DNA from: Candidatus Roizmanbacteria bacterium
GTDB taxonomy: Bacteria > Patescibacteriota > Microgenomatia > UBA1406
Length of the DNA stretch: 64,000 nt
Reading direction: 5' to 3'
NCBI GenBank assembly: GCA_024654535.1
Contig: JANLHL010000007.1
Location: 2,395 to 66,394 of the forward strand
In this document: positions 25,694 to 33,142 of the stretch, piece by piece
Position numbering within the stretch: position 1 is the first letter of the stretch
Layout: each line of letters opens with the position of its first letter
Made by a program: the position numbers and the translations under genes
Notes under the pieces: generated by a model
The model's input: the letters and a program-made list of their open reading frames with translations, nothing else
The model's database searches: none
What the model was told of the DNA's origin: nothing

Positions 25694-26638
25694 CTAGTTG
25701 CCCCACCAAGTAATGTCTGCGGCCGGATTGAGAGGCGTACACAGAACCACCCCCGCATGTGCGTAAGTCAAACTCACTGTGCTATCTTGAGTCGCCAAGT
25801 AAACGCTTTTTCCATTCGATCGGTGTAGTTCGATCACAGGTCCATTAATAGCTCCTGTTTGAACCCACCAAATCGCTTTGGTATTCTGCACTTGGTATGA
25901 CTGTGGGCCATCGGGTGTCGGACGCATGCGCGCCGATAGATATAGAGCGCCTTCAACATTCGTAAGGGCATCTAACTCCCGATACACACGCTCTGGATCG
26001 CTCCGTCCATAGTCATTCAAAACACGAACCACTTCTGCCGCTGGCATGCAGCTCGTTACTACGCCCGCATTGGCGATAACCACCGCATTCGGGTCGAACT
26101 GGGCAAGGGGCATCCACGCCCCTACCGAGTTCAACGTCACCGTCGTCCCCTGGCGAACCAGGAAGACGCCAGTTTGTCCATCCACTAGAATGGGTAAGAA
26201 GCCGGTGGGGAAAACCCCTCCGACATACTCCCCAGTCCAATATAGGACACAGTCTGTTGTTGCGGTAATCGTGAACGGCGCCGCATTCTGCGGGACTTTA
26301 GCCGACTGAGCATCCAACTTCGCGATCAACCCGTAGGGGTTGCCGACGAAGCCAGAAAAGTCTGGGGCGACGCACGTGCTAAGATCGACTGACGCGCTCC
26401 CCGCGGCCGGGACTGGAACTGCACTTGTTGCCGCGCTCCCCGCGGTAGGGGCTGCAGGTGCAGCAACGGTGGTAGCAACGGGTCCAAGCGACAGCGTACC
26501 CGTGAAGGGTACCGTCACTTGGGAACCATCAGGCTGGGTATAGGTCACCCAACCTGTGGAGTTACCGTTATTAACGGGACAGGCGGCCATAAAAAGCGCC
26601 GCCAACAACAGACTCAGGAAAAACAAGATTTTACGCAT
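25694..26638 (-). CDS. Lipoprotein of unknown function, GC-rich and A/G/P/V-rich (probably foreign origin)
   Basis: Start MRKILFFLSLLLAALFMAAC carries a lipobox. GGAGGTG lies 9 nt upstream. The upstream part of ORF 25694-26812 is translated repeat. Confidence 0.7.
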   Translation of the reverse strand: MRKILFFLSLLLAALFMAACPVNNGNSTGWVTYTQPDGSQVTVPFTGTLSLGPVATTVAAPAAPTAGSAATSAVPVPAAGSASVDLSTCVAPDFSGFVGNPYGLIAKLDAQSAKVPQNAAPFTITATTDCVLYWTGEYVGGVFPTGFLPILVDGQTGVFLVRQGTTVTLNSVGAWMPLAQFDPNAVVIANAGVVTSCMPAAEVVRVLNDYGRSDPERVYRELDALTNVEGALYLSARMRPTPDGPQSYQVQNTKAIWWVQTGAINGPVIELHRSNGKSVYLATQDSTVSLTYAHAGVVLCTPLNPAADITWWGN

Positions 26639-26748
26639 AGTTTGGCCACCTCCCGGGGCCATTGAAAAACAGAAAGCTGATCGCTTTGCCGCTCGACATT
26701 TGCCTAAACTTCTTGGGCATGCCGAACGGACAAAAGGGGGAAGAATAG

Positions 26749-26869
26749 AATATCCAATACCCAATAACCAATATCCAATAAATGTCAAAGTTCCAATTTC
26801 CAATTCTGACATTTGTCATTTGGATTTGGATATTCTTTGGATATTTGATATTTGAAATTGGATATTTCC
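26749..26869. repeat. Composite intergenic repeat, full copy, between the candidate RNA and the GC-rich lipoprotein gene
   Basis: AATATCCAATACCCAATAACCAATATCCAATAAATGTCAAAGTTCC...GACATTTGTCATTTGGATTTGGATATTC..GGATATTTCC. Confidence 0.9.
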
Positions 26870-26924
26870 TAGATTCCTTCCTCTTTTGTCCGAACCTCTC
26901 GAGATTCAAATAAATCAAGATTTC

Positions 26925-27300
26925 TCAAGAGCACCTTGTCTGCCGAAGCAAACAAAATGAGCTACCCAAAATTAACCCCACTTCGCCTCGCTTTCGCGGG
27001 CTTTGTTAGGGGTAAACCGAATAGCCTGTTAACGAGCTGTCCGTTGGACTTATAAGTAGGCTACTTTATAAGTTGCCTACTTCTACGATGCCCAAGCTTA
27101 TGGGCATAAGTCCGCCAGGACATCTTCCCGCCTTTTGAGCGAGAACTTCCCTTATTCTTGTGTTTTCGGCACAGCTTTTGCGCCGAACGCACGTAAAATA
27201 AGTTTGGGCATACGCCCAAAAGCAAGCGGTTTCACGCTTGCTTCTGGGAATACACAGGAAAGCCAAAATGTAAGAGAGATAAGTCTACCGATACCAAGGA
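26925..27300 (-). ncRNA. Candidate large structured RNA, class unknown
   Basis: Read on the minus strand. cUUCGg-capped 8-bp stem (26936-26955). GAAA-capped bulged stem (26985-27001). Three-way junction closed by GGACUUAU/AUAAGUCC (27046-27113) holding two 6-7-bp hairpins. Imperfect stem 27159-27193. 7-bp hairpin 27203-27220. 9-bp hairpin 27220-27243. The only ORF here (27066-27266) looks spurious. Confidence 0.45.
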
Positions 27301-27464
27301 AAACTCTTTAATAAAAGGGATACTACGGATGTTCATTATTTGTTTCATCGTCATAGAGATAATTCTACCAAATTTACTATAGGATGTCAATAGAGGTACT
27401 ATACAACAAGCTAGAATACGTAATATAGGATACCATATGGTACTACCGCATGATATACTATTGC

Positions 27465-28184
27465 ATGTCGCTTTTGGAAAGAGTAGCTGAAAAACTCACA
27501 GGGAATAGCTTCCCCACCTTTGGAACATTGGCTGACGTGGATTATTCTGACCCTAGCCAATTTATACCGAAAACAAAAAGTGAAGACCATGCCCTACCGC
27601 AATACGTAGGTGCACCCGCACACCCAGAAACAGATACACAACCATCTATATATGGAAAACTACAGGCAATTCGTATGCAGCTTGATACACTCAATCTGGG
27701 AGAATTGCCCGTAACCCTACAAAACCAAAAAGGAGAAAACGTTGAACTCATATGCGCACACGAAACATATGGAGAAGGCCAGATACATACATTGGCTTTT
27801 CATTCTCAAGGTGTACCTATCACTACTTTTGTATGTTCTCAATCTTTAGATGGTAGGTGTAAAGTTACGGTACGATATGACCACAACACTACCGGAATAT
27901 TTGAACCTATGGAAATACACTCGGGTGCATTTGCTCGACTATCTCTCCCCTCCGACAAAGAGCAACGATTTATGACGTATGCTTTTTCCACAGATCAAAG
28001 AGGCATCATCATACATACCCCACAAGCTTTATCATATACCGTATTTACACCAGAATGGGGAAAGGTCACCAATACTTGCCTACTTTCTATTTCATCTAAT
28101 GGAAATGCTGGGCAATTACCATTTGCCAGATTTGTAACGAACCAACTCCAGTCGGCTGTAGCAGCAATGCCCACGTCTGTATAA
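27465..28184 (+). CDS. Tandem paralog 1 of unknown-function family (no signal peptide, no TM helix)
   Basis: The ATG is 5 nt after TGaTATACT (27452-27459). Shares the core ELICAHETYGEGQIHTLAFHSQGVPITTF..V.VRYDHNTTG and the tail AVAAMPTSV with paralogs 2 and 3. Confidence 0.6.
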   Translation: MSLLERVAEKLTGNSFPTFGTLADVDYSDPSQFIPKTKSEDHALPQYVGAPAHPETDTQPSIYGKLQAIRMQLDTLNLGELPVTLQNQKGENVELICAHETYGEGQIHTLAFHSQGVPITTFVCSQSLDGRCKVTVRYDHNTTGIFEPMEIHSGAFARLSLPSDKEQRFMTYAFSTDQRGIIIHTPQALSYTVFTPEWGKVTNTCLLSISSNGNAGQLPFARFVTNQLQSAVAAMPTSV

Positions 28185-28265
28185 ATAAAGGGGGCTACAA
28201 AGCTTGAAGCACAGTAATGCTATACGCATTATCCATTTTAGCGCCGCTGAATGGTATACTATGCC

Positions 28266-29105
28266 ATGATAGTGGATATATTCAGAAATATAAAAAATAA
28301 GATAAAACCTCTTTCATCTGGAGGCATGGTAGATACAGACCTCGATGCTACATATACAGGAGTAACCATGCCAGAACAAACTGCATTACCAATAGCAAAC
28401 AGATTTACTGAACTTGACGATACTGCAGGTGACGCGGTGGTTCAAAGCTTTGCTTCCGTCACTGTGACTGATTTGGAAATACAAGCCCCAGATCCCAGTA
28501 CTGTACCACTTATACCTGCGACTATTGATTTCGATAGAGGAAAACCAGATATATACATTCACATGCGTAGATGCTTACAAGACTTATGGACACGACTTGG
28601 CAAGCTTGATGCAGAAGAACCAAAAATCGTACATTTACGGAATCAAGAAGGTCAACTAGTAGAGCTGACGTGTTCTCATGGGATTGGGGGAGACGGACAG
28701 ATACATAGGTTAACTTTTTACCACCAAGGTGTGCCTATCACTGCTTTTCACGTAACCCAATTTCAAAATGGTGGAATGGAAGTTGCTGCACGGTATAACC
28801 ATAATACAGCCGGAGTTCTTCTACCAATGCATAAACATGAAAAAACGTTCAAACAGTTGCCTCCATTATCTAATAATGGTGAACGATTTACAAGCTATTT
28901 ATTTACACTAAATCCCGATGGAAGCGCACCTCCCAAACCACAAGTATCGCATAATTATGAAGATAAAAGCCCAGGTGGAAATGGAGATTTTAGAAGTGTT
29001 CCGCTCGACATACCTACCGCCTATCCCGGAAATTATCTACCGTTTATGGGACACATCGTGCACCAAATAGTAGCGGCTGTAGCAGCAATACCCACGTCTG
29101 CATAA
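28266..29105 (+). CDS. Tandem paralog 2 of unknown-function family
   Basis: The ATG is 5 nt after TGgTATACT (28252-28260). Core ELTCSHGIGGDGQIHRLTFYHQGVPITAF, tail AAVAAIPTSA. Confidence 0.6.
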   Translation: MIVDIFRNIKNKIKPLSSGGMVDTDLDATYTGVTMPEQTALPIANRFTELDDTAGDAVVQSFASVTVTDLEIQAPDPSTVPLIPATIDFDRGKPDIYIHMRRCLQDLWTRLGKLDAEEPKIVHLRNQEGQLVELTCSHGIGGDGQIHRLTFYHQGVPITAFHVTQFQNGGMEVAARYNHNTAGVLLPMHKHEKTFKQLPPLSNNGERFTSYLFTLNPDGSAPPKPQVSHNYEDKSPGGNGDFRSVPLDIPTAYPGNYLPFMGHIVHQIVAAVAAIPTSA

Positions 29106-29186
29106 AATATCGCTCACTCACCTCGTTTTGTATAAGAAGAGTACACAATCTATAGCTTCCGGCGCCGCTGAATGGTATACTACCGC

Positions 29187-29876
29187 ATGGCATTCGTTGA
29201 TAGACTTTTCAGGAACATAACGGGCTATAGCTTACCTTCTGTTGGAGCAGTAGATATGGCATCTTATGCTGACCCTGCATCATTTCCAAAACCTCGCAAC
29301 GAAGGAGAAAGAGATCCTTTCGCATATTTGCACGAAGCATTCCAGGCGCTCTATATGGAAATTGGTGGACTGAAGCATCAAAAACCGATAACAATTACAC
29401 TACCGGATGTGACTGGTGAAACACACCCAATCACATGTACTCCAGAAATTTGGGATGAACAATTTTCTAAATGTGGCTTGTATTTTGCAAACAATAATAC
29501 TGGATTAGGCCGTATTATTATTACTACTCCTAATCTTGGAAAACTCCAGGTTACCGCGATTTATTTCAATACACATGCTTCTTCAATACTTCCACCACAA
29601 CAACAACATGTGGAAGTTATCGACCAACTTCCACTTCTTGCGCGAGGAGAAAGACATACGCTTATGTATACATTTGGCTTATCTACAAACGGATTAACAA
29701 AAAAACCACAAGCAACAACAAGTACTCAAAATGGATCACTAACTTCTTGTGACCCATCTCAAATGTGCATGTCACTCGGGATTGGCGAAGAAGATACTGC
29801 GAGCTATCAAGAGCTTGTAGAACATGTACTGGGTCAAGCACAGTCAGCAATGACAGCTATTTCTACGTCTGCATAA
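29187..29876 (+). CDS. Tandem paralog 3 of unknown-function family
   Basis: The ATG is 5 nt after TGgTATACT (29173-29181). N-terminus MAFVDRLFRNITGYSLPSVG resembles paralog 1. Tail SAMTAISTSA. Confidence 0.6.
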   Translation: MAFVDRLFRNITGYSLPSVGAVDMASYADPASFPKPRNEGERDPFAYLHEAFQALYMEIGGLKHQKPITITLPDVTGETHPITCTPEIWDEQFSKCGLYFANNNTGLGRIIITTPNLGKLQVTAIYFNTHASSILPPQQQHVEVIDQLPLLARGERHTLMYTFGLSTNGLTKKPQATTSTQNGSLTSCDPSQMCMSLGIGEEDTASYQELVEHVLGQAQSAMTAISTSA

Positions 29877-29957
29877 AATACCGCTCGCTTATTCCACTTT
29901 GTATAAAACTACAACACAATCTATAGCTTTTGGCGCCGCTTAATGATATACTACTGT

Positions 29958-30626
29958 ATGTTGAAAGACTTTTATATAGGAAAAATGTTTAATCGATTTA
30001 GACAAACTCCGCACGAAAAAGATTATTCTGGAGCTCGCCATACGTTGCACCAACAGGAGTTACCGTTATCATCTGGAAGCCAAGAAAATGTTAGACAGAT
30101 GATTGCGAGTCTGCCACAGGAAAATGTCGATTTTAATATTCAATTAGGTGGTGCAACAGGAGGTGCATGTCGCCATATAGTACATGTAAATGAAGTTGGT
30201 AAAGTAAAACAGATCTATGCTGTCTTTCCACCCGAGACACGTAGACCTACTCAACATAGTCAAGTAGCACGATTTGAAGTTGATTCCTCGGGAAATGGAG
30301 CAGAATATACAGTGACGGCACGGTACTCTTCTGCTGGGTGGCTTGCACATATGAGCCTATCTGATAATAATTTTGCTGCGCCTAATTCGGTACAAGTGGA
30401 CCCTCGATGCTCACTTCGAATACAAATGGATTTTTCTGAACCTGATGCACTCAAACTATTTCGTTTACATGCTTCACGAAGCCCAGTGCAAGACGAGCCG
30501 GAACAAGATGTCGATAAGCATGTACCGCTCATTCTACAACTACATGAAAGAATAATTGATCATATCACAGGACAGATAAGCGCACTAAACGCAGCCGCTG
30601 CACAACAACTTAAAACCCAGAGTTGA
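29958..30626 (+). CDS. Tandem paralog 4 (most divergent) of unknown-function family
   Basis: The ATG is 5 nt after TGaTATACT (29944-29952). The promoter and spacer are conserved with the upstream copies. The protein is weakly similar (V.ARY motif) and has a different tail. Confidence 0.5.
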   Translation: MLKDFYIGKMFNRFRQTPHEKDYSGARHTLHQQELPLSSGSQENVRQMIASLPQENVDFNIQLGGATGGACRHIVHVNEVGKVKQIYAVFPPETRRPTQHSQVARFEVDSSGNGAEYTVTARYSSAGWLAHMSLSDNNFAAPNSVQVDPRCSLRIQMDFSEPDALKLFRLHASRSPVQDEPEQDVDKHVPLILQLHERIIDHITGQISALNAAAAQQLKTQS

Positions 30627-30636
30627 AGCTACATAT

Positions 30637-31437
30637 TTAACCATCAATCCCCGTATCCATATACCACGGGCCTTTATTGGGTAATCGATGCCACTTCATG
30701 CCGCGAGGCGTGCCATCATAGCGTCTCTTCAACCTATCATTTCTATCGTGAAAATATTCAACCATCCTTTTCACTAGATCTTGATCTTTATTATACATAA
30801 CATGAAACCGTATTTGATCTTCTGTGAGGTAGTAAGGACTAAATTGTGCCGGTAATACATAGACTCTTGGTTCTCCAACATGCCGCGCAATATCAACTGC
30901 CATTTCTAAAAAATATTCTCTCCCAAGGTAACCTTTTTGTAGCATCTTCAGGCAATGGATTTATGAGCACAGATCTATGACTTTGCGAATAAGAGACTAA
31001 TGGTCCCTGAAGCTGGGTAATCCATAGCGAATCAGCAGGTATTTCTGGATACAGAGCAAGAATATCTTCGGCACGGCTTGTTTTCATTAGACCTCTATTA
31101 GATAGATATCCATTCGGATTACCAAGTGGGTACGTAAATGACAGATATGCACCAATATCTATAGGTTTCTGTCCTGTCCTGTGAAATAGGCATACGGTGT
31201 AATCTCCATCTATAAGCAACTGTTCCCTATATCTTCTATACGTGTCTCTTTCCTTACTAGATAACGCGTAGAGGGACAACTGTTCAAGTGCGCCGGTGGC
31301 GTCTCTATATCCACAGCTTCCACCCCATTTGCGCAGTATCTGATGCAAATGCGGGTTTGCTATGGCACAATAATCCCGAAGTTGTACCTCAAATGGGACA
31401 CTGTGACAGCCTCACCATTGTTTATATCAGCTGTCAT
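30637..31437 (-). pseudogene. Gene of unknown function (possibly GNAT-like) broken into three frames
   Basis: A 25-codon ORF from the ATG at 31437, ORF 30893-31348 and ORF 30637-30945 are collinear. Removing one A from the A5 run at about 30936-30940 fuses ...NPLPEDATK to GYLGREYFLEMAVDIA. Confidence 0.5.
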
Positions 31438-31616
31438 TTCTCTTATTTGCTAAATTTATTATAAGCTACTATCTATTATACAATAAATGTATCTTTTTGT
31501 ACGATTTGCTTTTATAGTATTAATATAGTAACCTTTATGGCAGTGTATATTAACTTTTCCCCAAAATATACACATACGAATAAAACGTTATTAAAAAATA
31601 CATTATAGGATTATCT

Positions 31617-32267
31617 ATGCCAATCGAATCATTATTACCCATATCACCGCTGCAACTAGATAGGAATGTTGCCCAACCTCCTTTTACAGAAGCTCTACAA
31701 CAAACGATCGATACACAGGCTATAGGGGCTATGACTTTAACCGAAATAGAGCGTATTACCGCAGATATCTGGCCACAACAACCAATACCTAGGAGATCGC
31801 AAACAGCACATGAACTTACCGATTTATATGATGCATGTTCACTACGAGCTGAAGAACTGTTTCGAAGCAAAATAGATAGCCCACTATTTAAAGATCAACC
31901 TAACGCAGGCAGATTGCATGGCCCAAACATATTTTACTTTCTCAGACATGGACAAACAGAAGAAATGGTTTATCAACCAGCTGGCTTTGACAACCTAGTT
32001 CGTTGTGTTGCATCGGGTGCTTTCGCACATACACTATACACAACAGAATTCTACGTAGTAGAAGGTGCCCACTCTAGAACACTGGGTGTTACTCAGATAC
32101 TGCACCCTGACTGGGAAGATTCAAGACCGGTAATAAAAATAAGACAAGCTGTAGTTTCGATATTAGGTGATCAAGTCAGTTTTGGCCTTAATTATTTTAC
32201 AGTAAAAAATAACCTAGATGTATACCGAGCTAACGCACTTTTGACGGCTCCCATATCTTGGGACTGA
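31617..32267 (+). CDS. Hypothetical protein
   Basis: 216-aa ORF with no recognisable motif, signal peptide or TM helix. Confidence 0.45.
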   Translation: MPIESLLPISPLQLDRNVAQPPFTEALQQTIDTQAIGAMTLTEIERITADIWPQQPIPRRSQTAHELTDLYDACSLRAEELFRSKIDSPLFKDQPNAGRLHGPNIFYFLRHGQTEEMVYQPAGFDNLVRCVASGAFAHTLYTTEFYVVEGAHSRTLGVTQILHPDWEDSRPVIKIRQAVVSILGDQVSFGLNYFTVKNNLDVYRANALLTAPISWD

Positions 32268-32284
32268 AGAAAAACCACTGTATG

Positions 32285-32932
32285 TTAGTGAGATTGTTTA
32301 CGAAGTTTTAGCCCTGCAAACAATGTTGGAATTGCGCCAATTGCAAGCACTAGCCCCATAGGATCACCCGTTTCAGGAACACGAGCTGCCATAGACCTTT
32401 TTTCTATACAAAACTGTGAGGCATCTTCATCGGTACCATCCTCTACAGAATACGCAACAACTTTGTTTACGGGACACACGACTGTCTTTGCACCAGGGAG
32501 TTTTACTTCTGGGTACGCTTTTACCTGTAAAATTTCACTTCTTCGCTCTCCAGGTTTCACATCGCCAAAGGTAAACACAACTATGCGGCTTTTAGCATTG
32601 TAACTACCACCAGAAACATACGAAACGTACGGGGGTAAAATATCTTCTACTTTAATGCTCGAGAGCGTATTACCACCAGTGTTTTGTACAACGATTTTAA
32701 AGAAAACCGCATTTTCTGCAAAATACTTAGGATCAGATAAACCCAAGTTGTCAACATATTCACCAGTTTGTGGGTTTCTCACGAGTTTATCGACGAGTAC
32801 CTTGCCCTGCGTTGCTTCTCCACCATATTGTCCATAGGTGCCATCAGCACGGGCAGGTAATGCACACAATACAAAAAGAACAAAGGCAAAAGCAAAAGAC
32901 GTAACAGACTTACGAATAGTTTTCATTTTCAT
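32285..32932 (-). CDS. Sortase-anchored surface protein with DUF11/CARDB-like repeat domain
   Basis: Signal peptide. FFKIVVQNTGGNTLSSIKVEDILPPYVSYVSGG (DUF11-like). C-terminal sorting signal VPETG followed by a hydrophobic helix and KLRKQSH. Confidence 0.7.
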   Translation of the reverse strand: MKMKTIRKSVTSFAFAFVLFVLCALPARADGTYGQYGGEATQGKVLVDKLVRNPQTGEYVDNLGLSDPKYFAENAVFFKIVVQNTGGNTLSSIKVEDILPPYVSYVSGGSYNAKSRIVVFTFGDVKPGERRSEILQVKAYPEVKLPGAKTVVCPVNKVVAYSVEDGTDEDASQFCIEKRSMAARVPETGDPMGLVLAIGAIPTLFAGLKLRKQSH

Positions 32933-33001
32933 AATTATGAGTATATCATACTATAGGTATAGTGTCAACTATGGGATATTCTGTGCACTGAGGTGTGCAC
33001 A

Positions 33002-33116
33002 GAATATCCAATATCCAAGTTCAAATAGCCAATAAAGCTCCAAATGACAAATGTCAGAATTGGACATTTGAACTTTGACATTTATTTGATATTTGGTATT
33101 GGATATTGGGATTTCT
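33002..33116. repeat. Composite intergenic repeat, full copy
   Basis: GAATATCCAATATCCAAGTTCAAATAGCCAA...CAAATGACAAATGTCAGAATTGGACATTTGAAC..GGTATTGGATATTGGGATTTC. Preceded by hairpin 32978-33005. Confidence 0.9.
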
Positions 33117-33142
33117 TATTCATATTGGGTATAATAAGAAAC

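Noticed and set aside
27066-27266. 66-aa ORF (MAFLCIPRSKRETACFWAY...) inside the structured region.
   Set aside because: It has no start context (neither SD nor -10 spacing). Its composition is Cys/Arg-rich and odd. It coincides exactly with stacked hairpins, so it is more parsimoniously non-coding.
26925-27300. Identification of the structured region as tmRNA, RNase P RNA, SRP RNA or a riboswitch.
   Set aside because: I could not find the diagnostic sequences. There is no tRNA-like GGTTCGA T-arm with CCA end or Ala-rich tag frame (tmRNA). There is no GAGGAAAGTCC or ACAGAA..CGGCTTA P4 strand (RNase P); CAGGAAAGCC at 27255-27264 is on the wrong strand and in the wrong position. There is no GGAAGCAGCC-type helix 8 (SRP). 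The region is also far longer than typical riboswitch aptamers. The class is left open.
30930-30950. Programmed ribosomal frameshifting at the A-rich site joining ORFs 30893-31348 and 30637-30945.
   Set aside because: The needed shift is +1, not the -1 shift promoted by A AAA AAG-type heptamers. A second frame break exists upstream (about 31350-31365). A pseudogene or homopolymer error is more likely.
32285-32932. Treating the VPETG surface protein as evidence for a sortase locus in this window.
   Set aside because: The sorting signal itself is convincing, but no sortase-like ORF (TLxTC motif) is present in the 64 kb, so no system-level claim can be made here.
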